Part shown: positions 1-8,616 of the stretch, one piece after another | Layout: each line of letters starts with the position of its first letter | How positions within the stretch are numbered: the first letter of the stretch is position 1 | NCBI GenBank assembly: GCA_963718915.1 | Contig: CAVRAI010000004.1 | Coordinates: 990,001 to 1,022,000 of the forward strand | Length of the DNA stretch: 32,000 bases | From: an uncultured Chloroflexia bacterium | GTDB taxonomy: Bacteria > Chloroflexota > Ktedonobacteria > Ktedonobacterales > JADMIN01 | Reading direction: 5' to 3' | Made by a program: the position numbers and the translations under genes | The notes under the pieces: model-generated | What the model was told of the DNA's origin: nothing | Database searches by the model: none | Seen by the model: the letters and a program-made list of their open reading frames with translations, nothing else

Positions 1-1
1 G

Positions 2-739
2 CTACCCCGACTGTCCCCAGAGTTCTGTGGCTATCGTATCGTGCAACTGAGCGACATCCACATGGGAGATTGGATGAACGCTGCCCGGCTGGATGATGTG
101 GTCCGTCTCGCCAATGAGCAATCTCCCGACCTCGTGGCCATTACCGGGGATTTTATAACGCGCCGTGCCGGATCTCATATGCGCGACTTAGCATGTGGAT
201 TAAGCTGTCTGAAAGCGCGCGACGGGGTGGTGGCTGTGCTGGGCAATCATGATCACTGGTCTGGCGCGCAAGCGGTTCGCGATGTGTTGGCTGCCATTGG
301 TGTATGCGAACTCGCGAACGACGTCCGCACGCTTCTCCGCGCTGGAGCGCAACTACATGTCGCAGGGGTAGATGATATCATTGCGGGGCGTGATCGGCTC
401 GATCTGGTGCTTTCCCGGCTGCCAGCGAATGGCGTCGCGATTCTGCTGGCGCACGAGCCGGACTTCGCCGACGAGAGCGCTGCGACCGGCCGATTCGCGC
501 TCCAGTTATCCGGGCACACGCACGGAGGCCAGATCGTTGCGCCGCTGATTGGACCGCTACTGTTGCCCTCTCTTGGGCGCAAGTATCCGTCCGGATGCTA
601 TCAAGTCGGCCGCATGATCCAGCATACCAACCGTGGCGTTGGCGTGGTAAGCCCATTTGTTCGCATGAACTGTCGTCCCGAACTCACTGTTTTTGACCTG
701 CATGCACGGTCTGGCTGTTCCTGTAAGGCAGACAGGTGA
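2..739 (+). CDS. Metallophosphoesterase (calcineurin-like phosphoesterase family), 5' end cut by window edge
   Basis: The frame is open from nt 2 (LPRLSPEFCGYRIVQLSDIHMG...), so the tracked Met at 41 is internal. Ordered metallophosphoesterase motifs are present: SDIHMG, ITGDF, GNHDHW, LLAHEPD, GHTHGGQ. Confidence 0.85.
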   Translation, partial: LPRLSPEFCGYRIVQLSDIHMGDWMNAARLDDVVRLANEQSPDLVAITGDFITRRAGSHMRDLACGLSCLKARDGVVAVLGNHDHWSGAQAVRDVLAAIGVCELANDVRTLLRAGAQLHVAGVDDIIAGRDRLDLVLSRLPANGVAILLAHEPDFADESAATGRFALQLSGHTHGGQIVAPLIGPLLLPSLGRKYPSGCYQVGRMIQHTNRGVGVVSPFVRMNCRPELTVFDLHARSGCSCKADR

Positions 740-751
740 TATATCGGTGGC

Positions 752-1543
752 TTATTTGCTAGGATGTAGCGGCTTACCCCAGACTACTTCCGTCACCAAC
801 TGCACTGTGACTGTACCCGTGCAGTGCTGGCTTACTAACGCACGGATTGCGGCGTCAAAGGCCGATGCCGCAGCAGGCCCCATGCGTTCTCGCGCGAATG
901 ACGCTCTCCCATGGAAAGACTCGATGTATTCGTCGAGTGGTTGGACGAAAGAGACAAGCGTAGTGGTATGTCGGCCAGATGTGTGGAAAAGGCCGCGCGA
1001 TTCCAGTTCGACGACGAGGTCGTAAGGGTGATAGCCACTCACCGTCGAGTAGCGTTGGATAATGGGCAATAAGTGGTCATCCCAGGGTGTCGCTAGTTGG
1101 CCAACGCCGAGAATCGCCAATGAGCCATGTGGTGTCAGCATCGTGGTGAGGCGTGGCATTACCGTGGCCCAGTCCATCCAGTGCAGGCTGTCGCCAGCAG
1201 TAATCAGGCTGTAGGGGGGATTGAGTGGCGCGGTTTCCACGGCGCCAACGATCCATGTGAGCGAAGGCGCATCGCCCCGTGGTAGTTGTTTGCCCTGATC
1301 GATCATCGCGGGTGACATATCGATTGCATCGATATGGACTACTCTATCTACCAATTCGCGCGCGACGAATCCCGTACCGCAGCCGATATCCAGAACTCGT
1401 TGTGGCTTACCTATTGCGAGGTGGACGAGGATGTCGAAGGTGGAATCAGGATACGGCGGACGGAATCGGTATACTCTGGCAACCCCTTCATCTTGAAATG
1501 CAGCGGCCTGCTGCGGCCCCAAGAATACCGGTTTGGGTTTCAC
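752..1543 (-). CDS. Class I SAM-dependent methyltransferase
   Basis: 263-aa ORF with SAM-binding motif I (VLDIGCGTGFVARELV) and a downstream acidic IDAIDMS. GTG start at 1543 has GAGGAG 7 nt upstream. Convergent with the phosphoesterase across a 12-nt gap. Confidence 0.8.
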   Translation of the reverse strand: MKPKPVFLGPQQAAAFQDEGVARVYRFRPPYPDSTFDILVHLAIGKPQRVLDIGCGTGFVARELVDRVVHIDAIDMSPAMIDQGKQLPRGDAPSLTWIVGAVETAPLNPPYSLITAGDSLHWMDWATVMPRLTTMLTPHGSLAILGVGQLATPWDDHLLPIIQRYSTVSGYHPYDLVVELESRGLFHTSGRHTTTLVSFVQPLDEYIESFHGRASFARERMGPAAASAFDAAIRALVSQHCTGTVTVQLVTEVVWGKPLHPSK

Positions 1544-1696
1544 GGCCTTGCTCCTCGTAGTTCGTAGTGATCTTGAGAGACGCGGCGACTCTTGGTAGAC
1601 TATGGTTCGGAATAGATACGATTCAGGAATAACACCTGTTCCATTTGTTGATGTATATCAAGCGCGCAGCCACTGTCAGGTTGGGGAAAGTTGCAA

Positions 1697-2666
1697 ATGC
1701 GCCAGACGTACCAAGAACTTCTGAGCCGCGTGGACATGGCGCAGCCACTGGATGATGTGCTGCGAGATATCGCACGAAACTACAAGCTTGGTCGTATTGA
1801 GCGCTCAAGCATCATCACGCAAGGCTACGACGACCTGAATGTGCTGCTCGTTTGCGAGCGCGGACTATACGTCGCCAAATTCTTCAATAAAAGCAAAGGA
1901 GTTGCCACCGTCGAGGACTATGTACGGGTGCAGACGGCGCTGTCGAAGCGTCACATTCCAGTTCCGCGCATATGCACGATCGACGGCGCGGGGTTGTTTC
2001 GTGTAAGTGGACGTGTCCGGGAGACGTGTGTGTGTCAGCGAGTTTTTTGAAGGCGAGGATTTTGTAGCTGCTCCGCCGCAACGCGATGATATGCTGGCCA
2101 TTACCAGATTTCTGGCGGCATTGCACCGGCTGCCATTCGAGGTTACTCCGAGCTATGACTCGTGGGGAACGCTCAACCTCCCAAGCGAGTTTGCGCGCAA
2201 ACAATCGCTGGTGAGCGATGCGACACGCACGCTGGTTGCGCCATGGGCCGATGCGATTGCCGGTATGAAGTTTGGCCGGGCGCGCCGACGGATCATTCAC
2301 GGAGACTTGCAGCGCAAACATATTCTCAAAGATGGGGCTGGTCGTTATTGTATCCTGGATTTTAGATGTATGGATCTCAGCTATCCCATTGTTGACCTGG
2401 GCATTTTTCTGGCGCTATTTTGTCTGGAAGGCAGTAGTCCATCTCAGGCCCAACACATCATCGCCGATGTTCTCGAAGTGTATACGAGGTGCACTCCGCT
2501 TCCCGGACGACATATCGCGTTGCTCGGCACGTTGATTCGCGCTACCTGGGCGTCATATCTGCTCACGGCTGATTATCTCATGCGAGAGGGTGATCGTCGC
2601 CGGGAAACGCGCCAGTGGCATTGCTTTGCGTTGGCAAGCCTTCGCGCGTTTGACGGCAAATTATGA
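1697..2666 (+). pseudogene. APH/ChoK/CotS-like phosphotransferase (kinase-like fold) with reading frame broken at a (GT)5 tract
   Basis: The N-lobe-like half lies in ORF 1691..2050 and the C-lobe half in ORF 2007..2666, which carries catalytic IIHGDLQRKHIL and metal-binding ILDF. The frames switch at GTGTGTGTGT (2026-2035). Adding one GT unit gives a continuous ...RETCVCVSEFFEGEDF... ORF of about 323 aa. ATG 1697 follows a GGGGAAAG Shine-Dalgarno-like (SD-like) run. Confidence 0.7.
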
Positions 2667-2787
2667 ATGATCATCAACGTTTCCGCTCTTTGCAGGGAAC
2701 TGGTCTATCGGGAAGAAAAATGCTCTTCGTTAGTACGTCCGATTGTGATGAGTGATATTGCTGCTCCTGGTTGATGGAGGGCCACGC

Positions 2788-3261
2788 ATGCGCCTTCGTC
2801 TGGCGGTCGTTCTAGCATTGTCCATATGTTTCGTCTCGATGAGCGCCTGCGCCAACCCGCTCGCTGGTATTCTTGGCGGCTCGGGCGCCGCTACCTCTAT
2901 ATCCAAGCCAACTTCTAGGCTTAGCGGCTCCTCCTGGATGTTGACGCAACTCCAGTCCGATGGGAAGATTCAGACCCTGGTGCCAACGGCGCCTGTCACG
3001 CTGCAATTCCAGCAAAGTGACGGCGCATATATCGGGTCAAGCGGTTGCAACTATTACAATGGGGCGTATATTGTCTCGGGTGACCGCCTCAACCTCAAGT
3101 TCAAAAGCGTCACTCAGGTCGCCTGTGCTGGACCTATCATGAGCCAGGAGGTCACCTATCTCAATACGCTGCAACGGGTACGGAGCTATGAACTCAGCGG
3201 TCATACCCTCATGTTGAAAGATAGCTTCGACGAGGTAGTCCTGGTGTTTACCACAGTATGA
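2788..3261 (+). CDS. META-domain (HslJ-like) lipoprotein
   Basis: ATG 2788 is preceded by GGAGG (2776-2780). Signal peptide MRLRLAVVLALSICFVSMSAC carries a lipobox-like MSAC. The META-domain pattern is present: SSWMLTQL...GSSGCNYYNGAY...RLNLKF..TQVACAGP...YLNTLQRVRSYELSGHTLML. Confidence 0.8.
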   Translation: MRLRLAVVLALSICFVSMSACANPLAGILGGSGAATSISKPTSRLSGSSWMLTQLQSDGKIQTLVPTAPVTLQFQQSDGAYIGSSGCNYYNGAYIVSGDRLNLKFKSVTQVACAGPIMSQEVTYLNTLQRVRSYELSGHTLMLKDSFDEVVLVFTTV

Positions 3262-3764
3262 CTCCTTGATCTATTACGACGGTACGAGCGTCGTGCGTGA
3301 CAACTGGCCAGTTTCAGCCAGCATCCGCTGCTCGGTGAAGAGGGCGGTAACACCGTAATGGTCTTGTACGTTGATGGAATGCCCTGTATGTACCTGATTT
3401 GGTATGCATAATCCTGTGTCTGTGCTGTTGCACATGCGCCCTCAGTCAGGCTATCGCCAACAAACACGATCTGGTCACCCATCGTCGGCGCAATCTGCGT
3501 GACTTGCGCGCTAACTTGTTGTGGCTTCCCCACTGCCATGCCACTCTCGACCCAGAGGAGCGCACTGCCAATGATAGCCAGCCCGGCCAGTAGCAGCAGG
3601 AGCGCTATACGTGCGGCAGGGAATGGCGTCGAATCGAGCGCAGCATCGGTACTTCGCTTTTCAGTGAAATAGCGGTATGTAGCTTCCAGTATGTGCAGGT
3701 AGCCGGTGCTGTCAAGTGCGACGTGCGCTACTTCTCGTCGTTGTATGGGTCGAGAGTCAATGGC
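3201..3764 (-). pseudogene. Decayed SGNH/GDSL-hydrolase-like gene fragment
   Basis: The minus-strand frame is open from 3764 to 3201. It encodes a TM helix (IALLLLLAGLAIIGSALLWV) upstream of the tracked Met, but no ATG/GTG/TTG precedes that helix. SGNH block I (IVFVGDSLTEG) sits near 3440-3470. Downstream of about 3420 the protein-like signal moves to another frame (GHSINVQDHYGVTALFTEQRMLAETGQL, stop 3274-3276). No SGNH block III or V is seen. The 3' tail overlaps the META gene. Confidence 0.3.
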
Positions 3765-3917
3765 CTATCGTTACCCTGAATCTTAAATACCAGCTATCGC
3801 GGTCATAAAAGAAGCCAGGTGAGTAATCCCTGTTCTCGGCCTGTGAATGTGCTTGCTCTGCTAAATGTGGTTGCGCCTGGGTGTGCGCGTTAAATTCAAG
3901 AAACTTAAAGAGGTGAA

Positions 3918-3991
3918 TGGCTCCCGGACGTGGATTCGAACCACGACTGGCTGATTCAGAGTCAGCTGTCCTACCATTAGACGATCCGGGA
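3918..3991 (-). tRNA. tRNA-Gln (anticodon CUG)
   Basis: A 74-nt cloverleaf was folded by hand on the minus strand. Acceptor UCCCGGA/UCCGGGA, D-stem GUCU/GGAC, anticodon stem GCUGA/UCAGC with loop CUCUGAA (anticodon CUG), and T-stem CGUGG/CCACG with loop UUCGAAU. The discriminator is G and CCA is encoded. U1-A72 plus G73 fit bacterial tRNA-Gln identity elements. Tracked ORFs 3757..4026 and 3917..4174 are artefacts of this gene. Confidence 0.9.
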
Positions 3992-4023
3992 TCATGCCGC
4001 GCACATGTGTGGCACGGCATGAT
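3991..4023 (-). promoter_or_regulatory. 9-bp perfect inverted repeat (ATCATGCCG / CGGCATGAT) abutting the tRNA 5' end
   Basis: Arms at 3991-3999 and 4015-4023 flank a 15-nt spacer that contains the palindrome CACATGTG. The element lies between the HAD stop (4064) and tRNA nucleotide +1 (3991). Confidence 0.35.
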
Positions 4024-4063
4024 CATGATACCATACCAGCCTGCGCAAGTTCAAGGGGAAAGA

Positions 4064-4774
4064 CTAAATCGCACGGTTACTCGTTCCCGGTTGCCCGAAG
4101 AGCGGCGCGTCGAGAAGGCCGCCCAGATCCGGAAAGACATAGTCAGGCTGACAGGCGTGCAGGTCTTCCAATGAATGCTCAGGTCCGGTGGCGACGGCGA
4201 TTGTGCGTACTCGTGAGGCAGCGCCACAGGCAATGTCCGCCGGAGTATCTCCGACGACGAAGACCTCATGAAGCGCAAATTGGCGGGCTGTGATCTGTTC
4301 AGCACGTGCGATTGCTCGTGGTGGCAGCTCTTCCCGTAACTCTGCCTCATCGCCGAACGCGCCAAAAGAGAAATATTCATCCAGATGAGCGGCAGCGAGC
4401 TTGCGCCAGGCAATCCGCTCGATATTGCCAGTGACCAGCCCCAGGACAGCCTGATTGCCACGTAACCATTCGAGCGATGCGACAGCATGAGGGGTAAGAT
4501 ATGGCCGCAGATCGTCAGGCACATAGCGTTCGTATGCGTCAGCCGCCGCTGCGAAGAAGGTCGGCAGACCACGTGCCAATTCGTCTGAGCTAACTCCCGC
4601 CTCCAGGAGCATACGACGTGCGATGGCGCTGTCTGTCATCCCTGCGGTCTTGCCCAGATATCTTGGCTCGACAGTCACACCATAAACTTGTTCAGCAGCG
4701 TCACAAAGCGCCATGCGATGGGCAGGCGGCATGCTGCGCAATAACGTGCCATCTATGTCGAAAAGAAAGAGCAT
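4064..4774 (-). CDS. HAD-superfamily hydrolase (phosphatase-like)
   Basis: HAD motif I (FLFDIDGTLL) comes directly after ATG 4774, which has a GGGGG SD 5 nt upstream. Motif II is GLVTGN and motifs III/IV are VVGDTPADI. The 115-aa N-terminal extension of tracked ORF 4064..5119 is not protein-like. Confidence 0.85.
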   Translation of the reverse strand: MLFLFDIDGTLLRSMPPAHRMALCDAAEQVYGVTVEPRYLGKTAGMTDSAIARRMLLEAGVSSDELARGLPTFFAAAADAYERYVPDDLRPYLTPHAVASLEWLRGNQAVLGLVTGNIERIAWRKLAAAHLDEYFSFGAFGDEAELREELPPRAIARAEQITARQFALHEVFVVGDTPADIACGAASRVRTIAVATGPEHSLEDLHACQPDYVFPDLGGLLDAPLFGQPGTSNRAI

Positions 4775-5117
4775 ACGACCCCCTGATGTATCGAGAGAAA
4801 CCTGACACTGATTCCGTCGTATATCATATATTAGGTACCTTGTATAGCCTGCCCCAACTTGCCGCCCGATTGCTTTTGCTTCAACTCGCGATTGGCGACC
4901 CGCCTTCATGGGGCGGCTGGCAAGCACGCGAACCGCGTGATAGCATAAATGTACTTGTATTCGCGGAGACTCGTATTCCCTTTTGCGCATAACGCAGCGG
5001 AAGAGGGTATTGACTGCGGGGAAGTCAGCCTCCTCACACAATGACGACTGGTCTTCGCTCTCTGGGGTGATCTCAGTGGTGTGGATGCGAGAGGCATCCA
5101 GGAGTTTGGGGGTGCGC

Positions 5118-5609
5118 ATGAGGCAAGGGAGACATCGCCAGATGCTCGGAGCAACATCTGGTAACGCCGCGCAGGAGCGGCGGATTAACGCGAGCGTCTT
5201 TCTCGCGCATCTGACCGCCGCCGATGGCGTGTGGCTAAATCAGATACTTCCGGCGCTTCAGCGGGGCGTTCATGCGCGAACGGACGCCGTGCGCGTGGAA
5301 GATATTGTGCTGCGGCATCGCCCTGGGAGGCTCGGCATCGCCGACGCAATGGATGCGACGGCTGAGATTCTTCGTCCCTTTTCGGTTGCTGGCGCGACGC
5401 TGGATCATCGCAGCCAGTGGTTTATCGCGGATGAGGACGATGATGATGACGATGCCGACGAATTGCCTGTGGCGCGCCGCCTGGCCGAACTCATCAAAAG
5501 CACGGATGAGGATCTGCTGGTGAATGCGCGAGTCGTGATCGACGCATCGGTTGAAGATGCTGGTGCGGCAGCCATCTATTGGGCGATACTGGGCCTCAGC
5601 AACGCATAA
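5118..5609 (+). CDS. Hypothetical acidic protein with a poly-Asp tract
   Basis: The ORF has coding-like composition but no recognisable motif. It contains ADEDDDDDDADE. The start is uncertain: ATG 5118 or 5142, both with purine-rich upstream runs. Confidence 0.45.
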   Translation: MRQGRHRQMLGATSGNAAQERRINASVFLAHLTAADGVWLNQILPALQRGVHARTDAVRVEDIVLRHRPGRLGIADAMDATAEILRPFSVAGATLDHRSQWFIADEDDDDDDADELPVARRLAELIKSTDEDLLVNARVVIDASVEDAGAAAIYWAILGLSNA

Positions 5610-5695
5610 CGCTATACGATTGGCGGTACGATGGCGTCCGATCGGTGCGATGATGGCGCCAACCTGGCAACGTGATGGAGAAGAGGAGCGCGCCC

Positions 5696-6511
5696 GTGCG
5701 TGTTGTCATCTGGGTGGATATGGAAGGCATCGCAGGCATCGAGACCTGGGATCAAGTCACCTCGGGTAAGCCTCAGTATGAAGAAGGCAGACGGCTGCTG
5801 ACGGGCGAGGTAAATGCAGCGGTGCGCGGTGCAAAAGCGGGTGGCGCTGACGATATCATTGTGATCGATTGCCACGGCGCGGGCGGCTCTGATAGCTTCA
5901 AAAGTTTGATGCCAGAGCGCCTCGAGCGCGGAGCCACCTATGTGCTGGGACATACCTGGTGTCGCTACATCGAGCCACTCAAAGAGCACTGTGATGCCGC
6001 GCTACTCGTCGGCGCGCATGCCATGGCAGGAACGCCTGACGGTGTCATGTGCCACACCGTCAGCAGCGAGGCCTGGTTTAACGCCTGGATTAACGAGACG
6101 CTGGTAGGCGAGAGCGGTATCGAGGCAGCGATTTGTGGCGTCTGGGGCGTGCCTGTTATTTTCGTCTCTGGCGATGAGGCGACGTGTCGCGAAGTTACCG
6201 AGCTGCTTGGCCCTAAAATAGCAACAGCGCCAGTCAAAGTTGGACTGGGCCGTTATTCAGCACGCTCTCTTAGCCATGCTGATGCGTGCGAACTGATCGA
6301 GGAGCGTGTCCGGCTGGCGGTGACATCCAGAGATTGGCCTGATCCGTGGAAGCCAGCCAGCCCAGTGACATTTACCGTCGAGTTGGCAACGCCGGACCGT
6401 GTCGCCGATTTCGAAGGGCGATCCGGTGTCGAGATTGCTGGCCCGCGAAAAGTTATCGCTCGCGGCGAGACATTCTGGGAACTCTGGGATAATTTCTGGT
6501 ACCGCCGTTGA
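5696..6511 (+). CDS. Peptidase M55 family (DppA-like D-aminopeptidase)
   Basis: The family N-terminus RVVIWVDMEGIAGI is present, followed by VIDCHG and HAMAGT. The preferred start is GTG 5696, with GAGGAG (5683-5688) 7 nt upstream. Alternative starts in the same frame are 5672 and 5675. Confidence 0.8.
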   Translation: MRVVIWVDMEGIAGIETWDQVTSGKPQYEEGRRLLTGEVNAAVRGAKAGGADDIIVIDCHGAGGSDSFKSLMPERLERGATYVLGHTWCRYIEPLKEHCDAALLVGAHAMAGTPDGVMCHTVSSEAWFNAWINETLVGESGIEAAICGVWGVPVIFVSGDEATCREVTELLGPKIATAPVKVGLGRYSARSLSHADACELIEERVRLAVTSRDWPDPWKPASPVTFTVELATPDRVADFEGRSGVEIAGPRKVIARGETFWELWDNFWYRR

Positions 6512-6527
6512 TTCCTTGCGCACAACC

Positions 6528-7253
6528 TCAGTCCCGGGGTGTAAAAAGGCCCGCCTGTATTAGATGGGCAATGTCGTTGAGCGAAAACAGCATCCGACGC
6601 TCGCCCAGCGCGCGCATCACCGAGATGGATGTATTGGCGGTAGGGAAGAAGTAATCATGCGAGATGCCAAGCAGCGTCGCTAGATACGCGTTGATCGCTC
6701 CGGCGTGGCTTACGATGAGTACACGCTCACCCGGATGGGCTGCGATGATGCGATCCATGGAGGTAGTCAGTCTGGCACGCAGAAGCGCGGATGGCTCGGT
6801 TCCAGGAATGCTCTCCCAACTTCCTGTGCTGACCGCGATGTTCGCGATTTCTCGCAGGCGCGTTCGTAGCAGAATCGATACTTCCTCCGCTGTTGCTCCT
6901 GCCAGGTCGTCTGACGCCAACGTCCCCAACGCGATCTCGCGTAGCCCCTCGACTGGCTGAATCTCAAGCTGATGGGATACCGCAGTTGGCTGAGCGGTCT
7001 GAACCGCCCGCGCCATTGGGCTCGTATAGATGGCGGCGAGCGAGAGATCGCGCAGACGATCCGCCAGTGCCTCCGCCTGACGTCGCCCAAGCGCGCTGAG
7101 TGCCTGTGCGTCGTATCCACCATCAACGACCTCATCGGCGTCTGGCAGCGCGTCGGCATGACGCACGATGTACAATTCGACACCACCATGCCTCAGGCTC
7201 ATGAACGGATCTGGCGGCTGTGACTCTTCGTCGGTTGGAGTGGCGCTATTCAT
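6528..7253 (-). CDS. Histidine phosphatase family protein (phosphoglycerate-mutase-like)
   Basis: RHG-type motif LYIVRHADAL and a second catalytic His in LIVSHAGAINAYL. ATG 7253 has AGGAG 5 nt upstream. Lies 29 nt downstream of the phosphotransferase gene on the same strand. Confidence 0.85.
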   Translation of the reverse strand: MNSATPTDEESQPPDPFMSLRHGGVELYIVRHADALPDADEVVDGGYDAQALSALGRRQAEALADRLRDLSLAAIYTSPMARAVQTAQPTAVSHQLEIQPVEGLREIALGTLASDDLAGATAEEVSILLRTRLREIANIAVSTGSWESIPGTEPSALLRARLTTSMDRIIAAHPGERVLIVSHAGAINAYLATLLGISHDYFFPTANTSISVMRALGERRMLFSLNDIAHLIQAGLFTPRD

Positions 7254-7282
7254 TTCAGCTCCTAGAATTGGTGATCGTGCGA

Positions 7283-8371
7283 TCAGGCGAACTGTATCTC
7301 GCCACGGCAGACAGCCAAAGCCCGTTGTGCGAGCGCCGGTACGCCACGGTCGAGTGTCGCGAAGAAAGGGTCATCAGTCGTGCCCGCCAGATGGCGCCGA
7401 TAGCTACCTTCCAGGAGTATCGCGAGTTTCCAGATGGCGAGGGCGACATAAAATGCGACGTGTTCCAGCTGTCGCCCCGAGCGTTCGGCATATCGCGCCA
7501 CCAGTTGTGCGCGAGAAGGAAAGCCCGGCAAAGCAGTAATGCCCCAGGAGCCATCGTCAAGTTCCGGTCCGGCGTCACCCGACTCCTGCCAGAAGGAGAG
7601 GAGATAGCCGAGGTCCGCAAGAGGATCGCCCAGTGTGGCCATCTCCCAGTCGAATATCGCCAGGATTTGTGCTGGTGGCTCCGGCGCGTACATCGCATTG
7701 TCAATGCGATAGTCGCCATGCACGATGGTCGCTGGCCCGGACTCTGGCAGGTGTGTGGTTAGCCACTTCGTCACAGCATCGAGGTCAGGTAGCGGACGAT
7801 TACGAGAGGCGTCGAGCTGACCAGTCCACCGGCGTACCTGTCGCTCAAGATAACCCTGTGGCTTGCCAAAATCGCCAAGTCCGGTCGCCTGCCAATCTAC
7901 CGCGTGCAGGTCTGCCAAACGGTCAATCAGTTCGTAACCCAGGCCAGCACGCGATGCGACATCATTGGTAAACGCCGGTGGTAGCTGTGCCCGGATGACT
8001 TCCCCATGCACGCGCTCCATCAAATAAAATGGCGCGCCGATGACGCTTGTGTCTGTACACAGTAGTATCGGGCGTGGGACAGGCACTGATGTACTCGTGA
8101 GCGCCGTCAACACCCGAAATTCGCGCGTGACATCATGCGCAGTGGGCAATAGCGGCCCGCGCGGAGGGCGGCGTAAGACCAATTCTTGATTGCCGTGTGT
8201 GACGAAGAAGGTCTCATTGGAATGTCCTCCACGGATGCGCTCCACCTTCAGCGGCAGATTCGCGCGCTCTGGGAAAGACTGGCCGAGGTATGTGGCAAGA
8301 GCGCCAGCGTCTACCAATGGCGCTAATGGCGCGCCGGACGCCGCAGAGTCGCTGGAGTTGTCGTTACTCAT
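7283..8371 (-). CDS. Phosphotransferase family protein (APH-like kinase fold)
   Basis: Motifs IVHGDYRIDNAMY and IFDWEMATLGDPLADLGY. The preferred start is ATG 8371 (MSNDNSS...), with AGGAAG upstream. A GTG at 8398 is the tracked alternative. Confidence 0.8.
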   Translation of the reverse strand: MSNDNSSDSAASGAPLAPLVDAGALATYLGQSFPERANLPLKVERIRGGHSNETFFVTHGNQELVLRRPPRGPLLPTAHDVTREFRVLTALTSTSVPVPRPILLCTDTSVIGAPFYLMERVHGEVIRAQLPPAFTNDVASRAGLGYELIDRLADLHAVDWQATGLGDFGKPQGYLERQVRRWTGQLDASRNRPLPDLDAVTKWLTTHLPESGPATIVHGDYRIDNAMYAPEPPAQILAIFDWEMATLGDPLADLGYLLSFWQESGDAGPELDDGSWGITALPGFPSRAQLVARYAERSGRQLEHVAFYVALAIWKLAILLEGSYRRHLAGTTDDPFFATLDRGVPALAQRALAVCRGEIQFA

Positions 8372-8616
8372 GTGTCTTCCTAAGCCTACCCTTCCCACAA
8401 TTACAGACTCAGGTTAGCTTTGATGCAGGCAATCACGCTCGTTTGCTGCGGATTTGTCCTCACTGATACTGCCAGCATTCTATCATCGGCGCGGGGGTGA
8501 GCAACAGAGCGAGAGGGCGGTAGCGCCAACATCTTCGACAAACGGAGACCAACGTAAAACGCCTGCAATCGCCCATTCATTACAGGCTATCGCAGGCGGG
8601 AAGTAGGAGCGATTCC

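Noticed and set aside
3757-4174. ORFs 3757..4026 (minus) and 3917..4174 (plus)
   Set aside because: Both run through the tRNA-Gln gene. The peptide GRGFEPRLADSESAVLPLDD is simply a translated tRNA.
4775-5119. 115-aa N-terminal extension of the HAD ORF (tracked as 4064..5119)
   Set aside because: HAD motif I (DIDGT) must lie near the N-terminus. An internal ATG at 4774 has a G-rich SD. The extension is not protein-like and overlaps the divergent promoter region.
5430-5463. GAT/GAC-rich tract encoding DEDDDDDDADE
   Set aside because: It is an in-frame low-complexity acidic linker within a hypothetical protein. There is no evidence of instability or a regulatory role.
7220-7762. 180-aa plus-strand ORF and 154-aa minus-strand ORF inside the phosphotransferase gene
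   Set aside because: Both are alternative-frame shadows of the 7283..8371 gene, which carries clear APH-family motifs.
8562-8600. Hairpin CGCCTGC...GCAGGCG downstream of the flippase fusion stop
   Set aside because: The stem is only 7 bp, the loop is about 24 nt, and no U-tract follows. It is not convincing as a terminator.
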